The position numbers and the translations under genes are program-made. DNA of 64,000 bases from Lama glama (lineage: Eukaryota), in contig CM052816.1 of assembly GCA_028534125.1 (NCBI GenBank), forward strand, positions 91,514,001-91,578,000, in the 5' to 3' direction. Position 1 is the first letter of the stretch; every line of letters begins with the position of its first letter. This document shows, piece after piece, positions 12,621 to 27,464 of the stretch. The notes under the pieces are model-generated. The model was not told where the DNA came from, ran no database searches, and saw nothing but the letters and a program-made list of their open reading frames with translations.

Positions 12621-15600
12621 GCTGGATGAGGATGCACAAGATCTCAAGAACAGGTTGTATATTTGCACAATGTAGGGCACTGTCTAAACATCCAGGGTCA
12701 TTATACAAACCCCGTAAGTCTCCTTTCGGAGTTTCCACTTGGAAGTCCTCCTTCCCTTACTGTCCTCCTTACCTGATGGTGGTTTTAGTCCATTTAATGC
12801 AGTTGGTGCTGAGCCATAAGAAACGAGGAGAAGAGTCTGAGCTTCATTGTTCACTTCTGGGTTCCTCATCATCGGTAGGTAATCTAGTACCATCTCTTCC
12901 TGCACATTTGTCTCTCTCCCTTTTTCTTTTGTACTGAAGACATAGGGCACTTTTCTCCCATCTGTATCCTCAGTGGATTTTGCCTTCTGAATCCATTCAT
13001 GGTTTAAGAAGCTATGTCTTCCCTAAGGAAACTGAAATTTCTTAAGAAGCCAACTTTTCTCATAGTACGACTGGAAAGATGACACTCCCAAGAGTACCCA
13101 TCTCTTGCTCGCTCTTATTCTTGGGAACAGGTATCAGCAAGTCACTTCATTTTCAAGTTCCAGCTACAGGTTTGTCATAGGGGTCTAAGACTTGAAAACA
13201 AAGACCAACAGCATGGCTGATCATTCCTCCTAAAGCAAACCAGTACTGTCCACATTTTGAAAAAATGTTCATAAGCTTTTCATTAATATAAATAACACAG
13301 TTCCTTAAGTTTAGTAAATTGGTAATTTTTACTTGCCGTGTCCCATGCAGGTTGAAGTTCCACAAGGTGGCGGAGGGAGTTGGCTTTAATCAAATTGATA
13401 ATTACTTCTCTTTTGACAAGGAAGGTATAATCCGTGGTCATAGATGGCTCACAGAAGATATCTCAGCTTTTGCCAGTGCTGGACATCAGCCTGAGAAAGT
13501 CTGGCTGTGTCACAGGGACAAGATTTGTTTCTGAGATATTTCATTTTATTTTTCCTTCCATTTTATTTTTGTATCTGTGTATATTATTTTTTCTTTCAAG
13601 GAACTTTTGACATAATCCTTTTATCCTTGTTGTACAAAATGTGGACATTTGTTATTAATTTTTCCAGCACCTGGGAGACCTTCCCAAATGTAAGACACTT
13701 ATATCCCTTCATCTTTTGGAATTAAAAAAATTTTTCTTTAAAACTCTCTTGCCTCTGTTTTCTTCTCCCTCCCCATCTCCCTTCCTTCCCCTCTCCTACC
13801 CTCTTCATTCATTTTTTTTCTGAGTCATTTGTTGGATTTTGTGTCAGATAGCATTATTTCAGATATTATCTGAATGTTACAAATGAATAATGGTATGTTA
13901 TTAATGAATAAATGCATAAGACTACCTTAATGCCATTGAATTCTATTAGATAACATCATTTCTGTTTCCAGATAAACAGAAAACTGCCAAAATGTTTCAT
14001 TCAACAAAATACAGCTTTGAATTTTGATATAATAAGAAATCCAGAATAAGAAGTCTAGGTCTGGTGTGCTAACTCCACACGCCATAAAGATACAGGGTTA
14101 TTTTTTTTATTCTCTTTTCCTGAGTCATCATCTTTAGCATTCGCCTTCAGCATCCCAAGGTGGCCACTCCCTCTGCAGGTGTCCTTCTGGTGGTCCAGTA
14201 GGAAAATGGACAGAAGAGCAAAAGGGAAAGGGAGAAGCCATCGAGGTCCCCTTTAAACTAAGTATTAATGAGAAAGAAATGGAGAATGGATGCTGAGAAG
14301 GCAACGATTATTGTTTGCTAGAGACTTCGGATTTAATCTCTATGTCCCTCATTGTATCTCCCATAATCATGGTCTCTATATCTTTTTGTTCTTGCAGTGG
14401 ATAACAGATTCCCTTAAATGTGCTTCCCAACCCCCTTATTGAATATTTAAAAATCAGAGCCATCACGAGTTTAATTTGTTGAAGCTTCTCTATTCTTGTT
14501 TTATGAATGCAAAAATCTTTTTGTATTTCTCCAAGGGACTAATGGAAAGATTTAAAATGTGTCCTTTAGTTACTTGAATCATCTACGTGTCAGAATTTTG
14601 CATCCTGACCCTTCTCTTTCATGTTCAGGTTTCCCCAAATGTCTAGTTATTTTCGTTCTCTCACAGGAAAAATATGGTTGGGAGCTGTGCACATAGCTGG
14701 GAAATTTCAATCAGCAGGCTATTCTAAATATAGAAATATACCCCTGCAGTCCACGCCCTACTCCCCCAACCCAAACATCCAGCACACCCATTCTTATACA
14801 CACACACCTGGAGTTCATTCTCTTTTCCTGTATTTGGCATTTAATTCAGTCCAGGGCCAGATGTAGGCAGGATTGGAGAGTGAAGAAAGAATGGATTTAG
14901 GAAACCTAGTACTAATATATTTGAGGAATGCTATATTTGATTTCACTTGCAGAACATACATTCATATCCTCCTTGATCTTTGGGATCTTTTTTGATCAAA
15001 CGCTTTCAGAACTAAATTGGAGGTAATTCAACTTAGGAAATCATCAGCAAATTGAAAAAAAAAAAAAAAGGAATAACATTTTTGCATCCCCCGGTGAAGA
15101 GATTTAGGATGACAGCCAGATTCTGAAAGTGCTTGAGCTTCACTTGAAATTAATTTTGGTATAAATGATGGGATAGCTAACTCAGAGCACCTCTCATCTA
15201 CCTCATTGTACCATATCAACACTCAGTGTAATTTGTTTTTCTAAAAAACGTAGTGATGATAGAAAAGCAAATGTAATAGAATTTGATTAACTCTCTTTTG
15301 CAAGTAAAAATTAGGCTTTTCTAGAAAAAGAATAACCATCCCATTTTGAAATTATTTATGATATTTTAGCTGGCCTTTTATATGCTGTGTTCATTTGCAG
15401 CATGATTAGGTATAAGAAGGTGAAACTGGTTTGATTTACAATGTTAAAGAATAAAATCTTTGTGTGCTTTTTTTTGTCTATTTCAAAGTATCTCATAAAA
15501 AAAAAAAGCATCCGGAATGGACTTCTAAGCTTTTTGCCAGAGATAGGAGAACATTTTCTTTCAGGAGCCAATAAGCTCACACATGCTATATCAATGTGAG

Positions 15601-16164
15601 TGGTACCTGGAGGAGCAATCACCTTAATACAGCTTTAGCTTTTTTTTTTTTCAAAGAGAGAAACTTTTTACAAGCTTAAGTGAAGAAGCTATAAAACTCG
15701 ATAATATCAGTTACTTAAAAACATACTTCAGTTCTATACTGTGTATTAACATAATCCAGAAGGCTGGGTGAAGGGTGGAGGAAGAGGGAAAAAGAGAGAC
15801 AGATGGGAAGAAGAGAGAGCACAACAGATGCAGAGACCAGTGAGAACAGACAGAGATCAATAGATTATGAAGTGAGGACGTGCGTTGGGTACATGATGCT
15901 GTCTCTCTGGGCTGAGTGTGTAGCAGCAGCACTTTCTGAAGCATTAATTTATTAGCATCCATTGACACATCCTTATTTATTCTTTATTCTTAAATGTAGT
16001 GAATAACCATGGTAGACTACCATGGGGGCTATTTTTGAAGATTGCGTTATGGTGACTAGGGGAATTTTATTAAAGAGCCAGCACCTGGAATTTTTCTATA
16101 AAAAAAACAACTACAGACTTAATTGGGTTTTATCGGTCTCCCGTAGTGGTCCTTTCTGTCCCAA

Positions 16165-17325
16165 ACTCAATCCAGGATTCCACGCTATATTTACTTCTCA
16201 TGTATCCATGTTGTCTGAATCTGTGAGAGCTCCTCTCTGTCTTCCAGGACCTTGACATTTGTGAAGCACATTAGACAGGTGTTTTGCAGAATGTCCCACA
16301 ATTTGGATTGGTCTAATGGTTTTTCATAAATAGATTAAATTTGTGAATTTCAGGCAGGCGCACGACAGAGGGGATAAGCCCTTCTAAATGTGTTGCATCG
16401 AAGATGCATGATGTTAGTGTGTCCTCTTACTGGTGATGACCACCTTGATCCCTTGACTCAGGTGGTATCTGCTGGGTCTTCCTATTTTAAAATGACTGTT
16501 TCTCCTTTTCTAACTAATAAAGATCTTGCGGGAGATAATTTGAGACTAGGCAAATATTGCGTTTCTCCGCAAAGTTTTGTCCACTAACTAGCAGTCACTG
16601 GTAGATCTTGCCTATGACAGTTTTAACTGTGGTGCATTCCTATTCTCGTCACCTCTTCTGTATTAATTGGAAGAGCTGTCCTCTCTCACTTACTTATTTA
16701 TTCAATTATTTATTTATATTATTACGGACTCATGGATACTTACTGTATTCTGTTTGTTATAATCTGATCTATTATAATTTGTTTTGTTGCTCAACTTGTT
16801 CCAGCTTTAGACATTAGGAGCTCTTTTAGATTGGCTCCTGTGACCTTTTGGCATGCTCCAGTCCTTTTCTGAGCACATCCTTACTTCTGGACAACAAGAT
16901 GTTCCAAGTTCATCTTATATTTTCCCTGCCTCACCCTTGAAATCAACTACTTCTACAAGGAGTTCTGGTTTTTATTACTGAAAAATGGCATTTAGAAACA
17001 AAGATCTGGGCTCTAGGAGAGTTCATTATTCCTGGGATGTCATTGATTCTAGACTCCAGCAGTGGTCCTTGCTTTTACCAATACCATGCTGTCTTGATTA
17101 GTGTGGCTTAATATTTAAGTCTTGAAATTGTATAGTGTGAGGGATCCCACTTTGTTCATTTTCAAATTTGCTTTGCCTGCTCTAGCTCCTTTTCTTTTAC
17201 ATGGAAGTTTTAGAATCAGAATTTTCATTATCTTCAAAACCACCTGCTGGGATTTTCATGTGGTTTGCATAGATCAATTTGGAGTGAATTGACATCTTAA
17301 CAATGTTGAGTCTTCCAGATCCTTA
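16165..17325 (-). mobile_element. Old L1 (L1MC-like 3' end plus ORF2 fragment)
   Basis: ttttgcagaatgtcccacaatttggatt...; gcatagatcaatttggagtgaattgacatcttaacaatgttgagtcttcca. Confidence 0.75.
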
Positions 17326-18294
17326 CTTTTTTTAAAACTCTGATTTCTACAGAAGATTTAAGCCAATGCATGGAAACCTATTTAAGGAAGCTGAAGTCAG
17401 GAATTGAGTCTATATACGAAAAACAGGCGACAATGTCAGGCAATCCAAAACATTGGGTAGGAAACAGTTCATAGAGGAATTTTTAATTTGATTTGGTCTC
17501 TCTCAATCAATAATGGATAGAATAAAGGAAAAAAGAAAAAGATTTCCATATGGTAGCAGAGTAAGGGAACTGATAGCAGAATTTATCTATTTGCTTCTAA
17601 AGCCCTCTGTAGCAGCTACACCAGATGTCCTGCCAAATCTGAAACACTGTAAAAACATTCTTCATTCATAGAACCATAATATTTCTTTTTTGCTTTGTAA
17701 ACATTGCAAGTATGCCTCCTGTTTCTTTTCTTTTTTATACTCACCCCACCCCCATATATTTTGGGGGAGAAAAAACCTAGGATAAGAAAACAAATGAGTG
17801 AAATTATTTTTCCATCATAAATTCATCACTTGTGGAACCACCTTGGATTTCACTTAGCACAAGCTTTGGAGTAAATCATGCCCAGTGCGTACATCGTGGT
17901 TTAGAAACTAAAGAAGACGAGCATATGGTCTTTTAAAGCCTGTTTATGTATTTGAGATTTTAAAAAATTAGTATGTCCACTGACATCTTTTAATATCTTA
18001 TTATACACAAGTCAGAAGGATGCTTGGTGGGGAGAATATAAGTAGGTCTCTGTGGTGGTTTAGAAATCAGTCATGTAAAGGCATAGATGAATGACTCAGA
18101 AAACTTCTAACTATTAAACACTGTGAAGGGATAAACTGATACATTCAGTTCTAGAAGCTCATGTTTCCCATGATGACTTTGTAGAAAAGTTTCTGACGAA
18201 GCAAATTATGTTGTGATGTGGTAGATATGTCCTCATGATTTCAGCTACTGGATACCTTGATCCAGAAAATAAAAGAGATAGGAATATATATATA

Positions 18295-19968
18295 AATTGT
18301 AGTATAGTTGATTTACAATGTTGTGTTAATTTCTGGTGTACAGAAAAGTGATTCAGTTATATATACATATATATATTTGTTTTCAGATTCTTTTCCATTA
18401 CAGTTTATTACAAGATATTGAATATAGCTCCCTGTCCTATACAGTAGGACCTTGTTGTTTATCTATTTTATATATAGTGTTTTGTATCTGTTAATCCCAA
18501 ACTTTGAATTTATCTCTCCCCTCCTTTCTCCTTTGGTAACTGTAAGTTTGTTTTCTATGTATTCATATAGTCTGTTTCCGGTTTGTAAAAACATTTGTAT
18601 CATGTTTTTTAGATTCCACATGTAAGTGATTATCATATGATATTTTTCTTTCTCTGTCTGACTTACTTCACTCAGTATGATAAATCTCAAGGTCCATCTA
18701 TATTGCTGCAAATGGCATTATTTCATTCTTTTTTATGGCTGAGTAACATATATCACAAATTCTTTAATCCATTCATCTGTCGATGGATATTTAGGTTGTT
18801 TCCATGTCTGGGCTATTGTAAACTGTGCTACTATGAACATTGGGGTGCATGTATCTTTTTGAATTAGAGTTTTTGTCTTTTTCAAATATATGCCCAAGAG
18901 TGGGATTGCTGAATCATATGGTAAGTCTATTTTTAATTTTTTAAGGAACCTCCGTACTGTTCTCCATAGTAGCTACACCAATTTACATTCACGGCAACAG
19001 TGTAGGAGGGTTCCTTTTCTCCACACCCTCTCCAGTATTTATTTGTAGACTTTTTGACAATGGCCATTCTAACTGGTGTGAGGTATATACCTCATTGTAG
19101 TTTTGATTTGCATTTCTCTAATAATTAGCAACATTGAGCATCTTTTCATGTGCCTATTGGCTAGCTGTATGTCTTCTTTGGAGAAATGTCTATTTAGATT
19201 TTCTGCCCATTTTTTAAATAAGTTGTTTGTTTGTACATTTCAGAAATTAAAGTCTTGTAGGTCTCATTGTCTGCAAATATATTCTCAGTTTGTAGGTTAT
19301 CTTTTCATTTTGTTTATGGTTTCTTTTGCTGTGCAAAAACTATAAGTTTGATCAAGTCCTACATGTTTATTTTGCTTTTATTTCTATTGCTTTTGTAGAC
19401 TGCCCTAGGAGAACAATTCTAAGATTTATGTCAGAGAAAGTTTTGCTTATTTTCCTTCTAGGAGATTTACAGTGTCTTATCTTATGTTTAAGTCTTTAAG
19501 CCATTTTGAGTTTATTTTTGTGTATGGTGTGAGGAGTGTTCTAACTTCATTGATTTACATGTCCAGCTTTCCCAACACCACTTGCTAACGAAACTGTCTT
19601 TTCTCCATTGTATATTCTTGCCTTCTTTGTTGAAGATTAATTGTCTATAAGTGTGTGGGTTTATTTCTGGGCTCTGTATTCTGTTTCATTGATTCAAATG
19701 TCTGTTTTTGTGCCAATACCATGCTATTTTGATTACTGTAGCTTTGTAGTATTGTCTGAAGTCTGGGAGTGTTATGCCTCCAGCTTTGTTCTTTTTCCTC
19801 AGGATTATTCTGACAATTCTGGGTCTTTTGGGTTGCATATAAATGTTAGGATTATTTGTTCTAGTTCTGTGAAAAATGTTGTAGGCAGTTTGATAAGGAT
19901 CACATTAAATCTGTAGATTGCTTTGGGTAGTATGGCCATTTTAACAATATTAATTCTTCCAATCCAAA
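18295..19968 (-). mobile_element. 5'-truncated artiodactyl-type L1 (~1.7 kb, disrupted ORF2 C-terminus plus 3' UTR)
   Basis: agtatagttgatttacaatgttgtgttaatttctggtgtacag 3' end and typical antisense ORF2. Near-TSD taggaatatat (18279-18289) / taggattatat (19971-19981). Confidence 0.93.
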
Positions 19969-20039
19969 GTTAGGATTATATTTTGAAGGAAAGACACTTT
20001 TTGATAGTGAAATTGACTATTGGTTCATAAAGTTTTTTT

Positions 20040-20865
20040 GATCAATTTATTATCATGGTATCATAACATACAATTTATCATCTTACCATTTTAAAATGTA
20101 CAAGTCAATGGTATTAAATACATTCACATTGTGAAACCATTAGCATTATCCATCTTCAAAATTATTTTTTATCTTGAAAAATAAAACTCTATACCCATTT
20201 ATAAAATAATTCCCCAGACCCTGGCAACTACTATTCTACTTTCTTCTCACAAATTTGGCTACTCTAATTATCTCATATACATAGAATCATATAGTACTTG
20301 TCTCTTAGTAACTGACCTATTTCAATAAGCATAATATCCTCAAGGTTCATCCATGTTGCAGCATATGTTAGAATAATATTCCGCTTCATGTTGGAAATAA
20401 TATTGCATTGTATGTATATACCACAGTTTACTTACTTATCCATTCATCCATTGATGACCACATGGGTTGCTTGCATGTTTTAGCTACTGTGAATAATGCT
20501 GCTGTGAACATGTGTGTACAAATATCTCTTTGAGATCTTGCTTTCAATTCCTTGAATATATGCCCAGAAGTGGAATTGACAGATCACTTGGTAATTCTAT
20601 TTTAATTTTTTGAGGAATGGCCATACTGTTTTCCACAGTGGCTCTAGCATATTACATTCCTATCAAAAAGTTCCAATTTCTTGGAAAATGTCCCATGTAC
20701 ACTTGAGGAAAAAAGTGTACTCTGTTGTAGAGTGTTCTGTATACTTCTGTTAGATTTAGTTGTTTTATTGTATTGTTCAAGCCCTCTATTTCCTTACTTT
20801 TGATTGTTCTATTTATTATTGCAAGTGGGATGTTGAAGTTTCCAACTATTATTGTAGAACTGTCA
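20040..20865 (-). mobile_element. L1MB-like fragments
   Basis: caaggttcatccatgttgcagcatatg...gtgaataatgctgctgtgaacat...tgcccagaagtggaattg. Confidence 0.8.
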
Positions 20866-21325
20866 AGGAGGGAAGATCACGAGCAGGAAGGAGCCCTACA
20901 GGCATGAGCTGAAGCTTATTGCTCACAGACAGGCAGTTAGGAGATAAGATCCAGGTGGAGGGGGACAGTTGTGGATTCTGCTGCTGTTTGGAGCCCCTGG
21001 GCTCAGGAAAGACTTCCAACTAATTAAGTCAGACCCACCCAGAACCATCTCCCTTTTGATTAACTTAAGGTCAACCAGTTGAGGATATAATTACATGTAG
21101 AAAATCCCTTCATAGCAGCATCTTGAACAGTGGTTGGTTAAACACCATAGCATACAGTTGGGGGAAGGTGTGTGTATGCTATAAAATGACTGTCACCTTT
21201 CTTCCATCTTCCAGCTCTTATGAGAGATATTCCTCAAGCTCATCAGAGCCACAAACATTCTAGAAAGGGAATTCTAGAGACTGTATTTTAGCCTAGACAA
21301 GTTGACACATCACTTGCTACCACAA
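20866..21325 (-). mobile_element. MLT2 (ERVL) LTR fragment
   Basis: atctcccttttgattaacttaaggtcaacc...aaaatcccttcatagcagca...gcctagacaagttgacacat. Confidence 0.65.
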
Positions 21326-23126
21326 GGAGGAAGGGGTGAAGCAGGATGTAAACATTCCTGGATGAGCCAGTCAGAAGGGGCTTTGGGAACACATGCATGA
21401 CGGTGAGGCACAGTGACTTGTACAGTGCAGAGATCCTCCTCTACTTTATATCCTTAATTGCTATCATGATCCCACACAGAAAAGATGGGGGTAGAGGGTA
21501 GGATCATAGAAGGTACAACACTTCAAGATCAATAAGCCTCATTCTAGACCCCTTCTCTTTTCCACACTCTGTTGTGACTCAGCCCTGTATTTGCAGGAGC
21601 CATGAGGCAGTAGCCCCAGGGAGCTGACAGATGACATGTGACTAAGACTTTTAGCTTTCATCTGAAATTTTACTACCCATTAGTAACATTCACAATTCTG
21701 AATTCTTGGCCTCCTGGACACTATAGAAACGGCATCCACTCTACTTATCTCTCTGGGGGGTGTTCATAGGAAGATGGAGCATGCAATTCAAGTTGGGGGA
21801 GTGGATATAAAGCCGCCATCTTGGCTCCCTGTTGCATCAGAGTGCTCAAGTGAACAATCCATGGTGGCCTCTGCTCACTCTTGGCCACAGACACCCTTGC
21901 ATTGTATGAGAGAACATGGTTGTGCTTTGTGATGTCATCATCAGAAACTTAGAAATACACCTACCACAAGCATCCCTTGTTGTCTGGAACCCGTCCAATT
22001 TAATATCTTAGATCCTAGAGTAAAAAGTGCCCCGTGATGCTTTTTAATGCATTTACTCCAAGGTATGGAGTTTTGTGATTTTTGAAATTATTTTATTGAC
22101 TCTGAAATTTATAAAAATTTCTAAAGCTACCATGTATTGAGCATGAACTGTGTGTATGGTAAGTTTTTAATAGATATCTTGTTTTTTTTTTCCCCTCCAC
22201 AGTCACTTCAAGAGATGGGCATTGTCATCCACACTTTGCAAAGGAGGACATGTCCAGAGTTGCACTCTTAGAAAATGGCAGAGTGAAGTTCTGACCCCAT
22301 GTCTGTCTGACTCAGTGGCAATATTTTATCCTCCATCAAATACAGTGCATCTAAACCCTTCCTGGCAACTTGATGACTCTATCCCATAATCAGGTAATAC
22401 ATATTGACATCAGTGGTACTCTCTTGCAAGTTAATGGGAAAGACTATCAATCTCAGTGGTCCACTATTGAAAATTGGTGCTAAATATAAGAAAATCATAA
22501 ACTAGCAGGTAAAACATAGCAAATGGCTAGGACAGTGATGAAATTGAATTTTGGCAAATAATGTCAAAGAAGGCCCTAAATCCTGTCGTTTGCCGTATTT
22601 AGGTGAACTTAACTATGATAAATAAAATATAATTCTGATACAAATTCTGAGCTAGAAGGGTTTTATGTCTGAATAGAGGAGAGAGCTTATCATGACGTAT
22701 AACAGCAAAGGCTGGATCTCATAGGGAAAAGCAGATAAGGGATTCCAGTCAGACGGAGGACAGAGATTTATAGACAATGCACCAAGTGTCATGTTCTTGA
22801 CCTTGTCTCAGTCTGTCTCTCCTACACTGAATCTCTACATTTGGGAATAAAGTCACCGCAAATTTGGGCTGACCAAGTGTGAGTCTGTTAGTTAACACAG
22901 TCACACTACTGGCATCCAGTGGTACACGCAGACAGAATATAGTAAATCCCAGTGTCATCAGGGGCCTTCTAGAGGCAGAGCATTCTCACCTGGTTTTGGT
23001 AGGCTGCCAGCATGCAGACTGGCTAATTCCTGGCATGGTCTGTGTTTACTGAATACCTTATACTATTCTCAGACTTTGCACAAGCATGCAAATGATGGTG
23101 TGTATGTATGTGTATTTGTGTGTGTT

Positions 23127-23161
<35 letters not shown>

Positions 23162-24750
23162 GGGCCACGATCACAATGGGGGGTCTTAGGGATGAAGGAC
23201 AGTGTTAGCACAAAATAAGTCAAGACTAGGTTGTAGCTCACACCCCTCATCTGAATCCCAAATTATACCCACATTTTTGGCGTCTCACTCTTTCTTAATT
23301 GATCTTCGCAGTTTTCTTTCCTCTGTGACTCCAAGGATGAATTCATGGCCACACATTCCTAATAATAAACCTGCCCATGAGAGTTGTCCTAGCCGGCTCC
23401 CACTCCCGAGCCTGCCCACTAGCGCTGCGTCTCTCCCGCGAGTCCCAGCTTGATATCTGGCAGGCCAGTGAGGGGAGGACTGTGGCCGTTCTTCATGATC
23501 TGGTTGTCGGAGGCATGGCAGCTTCAACCAGAACTGGGACCATCCCTACAAAGAAAATGGCTAGGTGCCTTGAGTTCACTTACAAGCTGATTTTAATAAT
23601 CAGGAATTCTTTTTCCTTCCTGTTGAGAAAGGCAACGTTATCCAGGTGACTGTGTCCCCCTGGGAAGCTCACAGAAACAAATAGAAGCCACAGTCTAGGC
23701 ATAATATCAGCCCCACCATAAGCGGAATGGTTTTGTTTTCTTCAGGGAAAAGTTTTGCTCTCCTAAGATTCAGTCCTTTTCTCAATTAAGCCTTGGAAGG
23801 TAAGGCAATAACAGTAACGAGTACGCAGAGGACACAAAGAAATGTTCCTTCAGATTTTTAGAGAAAAGGTCAGAATTGGGGTAAGCCACCGGGGGCATTC
23901 CTCCCAGGACCAGAATGCAGGATCACTTGAAAAGTCTGTAGGATACTGGCCGAGACTGGGAATGCTGCGGATAAAAAGAAAGGTGGACATTCATGGACAG
24001 AGCAAAAGCAAGCTGTTTGTGCTAAGCCAGCTTGGTTAGGCAAAAAACCCCACTTTCCCAGATTTCCACTCCCTGCATGGTCTTGGGACGCACTTGGCCA
24101 AAGGTAATTGCTGGGAGCTTTGGAGGGCAGCGGTGACAGTCAGCCACTGTGCTCTGGAGCTTGTCCTGACTCCCGAAGCCTCGCTGCGAGCTTCCCCTTT
24201 GCAGACCCACACTGGGGTCTAAACACACTTGGCTTCACTTCCCAGCTTCTCCCATGATTGTCTAAGATCAAGTTCCTACGTTTCATAACTTAGAGTGTTT
24301 CTAGCTCCCTGGATGAGCCCTGACCGACACAAGAAGTGACAAGGGGACTAGATGGCTCACTTCTGTTCACCATCATGAGTACTCGTCCCACAGAACCTCC
24401 CAGGGGGGAGCTCTTGCCTAGCACTGGGAAAATATGAGAAACGAGAACGTGGGTTCTCAGGTGGTAGTGGGCTATTTATCCACTCATGCATTCATTCAAC
24501 GCATATGTAGAAATCTCTCCAAACGTGCCAGGCATTCTTAGCAGTGAGGATACAATCAAACTGAAAGAGGCTTATCACACAATTGTCCAAAGCAGATCTG
24601 TTTGAGAGTGAAAGGGGAGCTATTAATAAATATACCAGAAAAACAGGCATAACCTGGGACTGTGCTAGATGAACCAGGACGCACGCTGAGAAGGTCTGAG
24701 AAGAAGGGGCCAACAGAGCGGAGCCAATTCATCATGATTGACCTCCACCA

Positions 24751-25211
24751 AGTCGACTGAAAATAACACACAGTGTGAAAGTTGAGAATTACGCTTTATT
24801 TAGAGGGCATTCTGAGGACTTCAAATCTGGGAAGCAGCCTCTCAGAATAGCTCTGAGGGACCGGGCTCAGAAGAGGTAAGGGAGGAGCCAGGATATGTAA
24901 GGATTTTTGCAGCAAAGATCAGGTACTTGGAACATCAAAAGATTATTGTTAATTATAGAAAATAAGTAAGTTAATGAATTTAGTGCTTCTCTCTGTATGG
25001 GAAGATGCAAGAGTCTGGGCTCATTGAAATCATTTCTTTGATATGCACCTAGCTATCTAGGGCCAGTATCCGGTGTTCTCCCATCCTGAGTCCCCTCAGG
25101 GTACACTGTGGCGGGAGATGGGGGAGGTGGGGTGGGGGCGGCCGTAGTGGCTTGATGGCTGCAACAGCATCCTTTGTTTACCAACGTGGCAGGCAACATT
25201 TTTCATTCACA
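24751..25211 (-). mobile_element. Solo ERV1-type LTR, copy 1 (possibly artiodactyl MER41-like)
   Basis: Homologous end to end to 26960-27464 and to the reverse complement of 43249-43707. AATAAA on the - strand near its 3' end. Confidence 0.8.
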
Positions 25212-25589
25212 ATCTGGAGGTCAAGGCTGCTGCCTGCTGTGCTGGCCAGAATGCCCCTCCCCACCCCCCCTTCCTGTCTTCCTTTCTTCTCTTCTCTTCC
25301 CTTTCCTCCCCATCCATCCCCTCCCCTCCCCTCCCTTCTCTTCCAGGTGAACACTACACAAACACTGATAGAAGAGGGATCCACTAGGGCTGCCAAAGCT
25401 GTAGCCATTTACACGGGGAGTCCTAAAGCCGTATGAAAGTGTAAAGATTAGCTGTAATGAGTTGGGGGTGTGTCTAGGCTGAAGCGGTCCTTTCTTCCAG
25501 AAGCTAATCTTGTGCAAGTAAATAGATCCTGATCTGGGTGGGAGGGAGCCTTTTTCCTGTATTCCATTTCCAACTTTATTTTAGGCCAG

Positions 25590-25820
25590 AGATTTTGGTC
25601 TAAACGTAGCCCTCACTTTTTGCTAGCTGTTGGACAAGTTACTTATCCCCTGTTACACCCTTTTATTCTTGGTGTTCTCATCTGTAAAATGGTTATCATA
25701 ATAACATAATACATCTCATAAGATTGTTTTAGAGATAAAATAAGACAAAGAATGTAAATGCTTAGATACTGCTTGGGACATAATAACCTTCATATAAATA
25801 TTACTTCTTTTTGTTATTAT
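25590..25820 (+). mobile_element. MIR SINE
   Basis: ttggacaagttactta...ttctcatctgtaaaatgg...ctcataagattgtt. Confidence 0.75.
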
Positions 25821-26959
25821 GAGAATGATTTGTATTATTACTTGGCTATAAAACCCTTCAGTGAAACTCTTTCCTACAGTTATTCCCCCGAGAAAGATAA
25901 ATCATTGTTAAAGTATTTCTCTGTTTCTTTAATTTAATCCCTATGGATCTAAAACATGATTATTTCCAAAATGTCTAAAATATTGCAAAAATGAAGAAAT
26001 AAATGTCCTATATTTCTACGTCTTAGAGATAAATACTGTTAACATTTTGATTTATCTTCTTTCCCTCTTTTGCTGTGAATTTTTATGTGGTTGTGTTAAA
26101 CTATATAACATATTGTATGTGCTGAATTTTTTTAGTTTATTTTTTCAGACTCAAAAATTATACTTGTTCATTATAGAAAAATTAGAAATGCTTGCAGAAA
26201 GCTTACTTGAAATACTGAAAGTATACAGCTGTTAGTTAACACTGAGTGTATTTTCTTATAGCCTTTTCCTATGCTTTTATAGAAACATAGTTGAAAGCAT
26301 ACTGTACACACGATTTTAGGCACCAACAAGGAGACATCTATAGGCCTTATAGGAGAAATTTGTAAAGAATTATTCAGTAACAGGTAATATCAATCTCTGA
26401 GTGGATTTATTAAGTTCTCTGAATTAAAAATCTCCAATCACTGCTGTCTTCAACATGAATTTTAAAGAGGTCAAAGATCATTCTTCAAGTAACTTGCAGT
26501 GCAATCAGGCATCATATTGTCTATGCATCTTTAGTTTTATGAATAAAGAAAACAAATAAAACTTTTAGTACTCCTTCTAATTTGGTGTTCCAAGTACTTA
26601 GGAGTTTAGCCATGGTTGGCAAAGGTAGACACCAAATAAAAGCTTTTTATTTTAAGTGTCTTCAATCATGGCTGTGGGTGACTATAGAAACACATTGTAA
26701 CTAAATGAGTTAAACTGGAGGGAAGCATTCCAGGGTCAAGTTTCACCCTCAAGGTGCAGAATGGTCTGATAACATACAAACTTTCTCAGTTCTAGATCTG
26801 GGATCAATGCTGAGGGAAACTTTGACAAATCTTTCATGCCACTCTTAGTTGCCTGTGAAGATTGAGGTAAAAAGATGGGTCAGACCGACATGGTTTGGAT
26901 TACTTTGCAAAAAAACATTATGGTTATGTTATGTTTTCTGTTCTGTTCTGTTCTGGTAT

Positions 26960-27464
26960 TGTTGACTGAAATAAAATGCACAACCTAAAAGTTGAGAGTT
27001 ATGTTTTATTTGACAGATTTCCTGAGAACTCAAGCCCAGGACACAGCCTCTCAGGTCTAAGAGGCTCTTCCATAGTGGCAAGATAGAAGCCAGGATATGT
27101 GAGTTTTTACAACAAAGACCGGGTAGTCGAAACATCAAAAAATTACTGCTATTTAAAGAAAACCAGGAACCTCAAGTTAAAGGATTTAGCACTTTCCTTT
27201 GGATGGGAAGGCGCACAGGTCTGGGCTCATTGAAATCATTCCTTTGATGTGCACCTGGCTGTTTAGGGCCTGTATCCTGTTCTTTTCCATCTTAAATTTC
27301 CTCAGGGCACACCGTCGGGGGTGGCTGCAGAGGCTGGGCTGCCTGCTCGTAGGCATCCTGCATTCCCTCCGCTCACTGCCGCCAGGGTGGTGGCGGCATC
27401 TGATGATTTGATGGCCACAGCATCCTTTGCTTACTGATACAGCTGGCAATATTTTTCATTCACA
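26960..27464 (-). mobile_element. Solo ERV1-type LTR, copy 2
   Basis: TG...CA termini (tgttgactgaaa...ttcattcaca), flanks gtat/ttat, homologous to copies 1 and 3. Confidence 0.85.

Noticed and set aside
18463..19916. ORFs of 76-91 aa in this interval
   Set aside because: Fragments or antisense translations of a disrupted L1.
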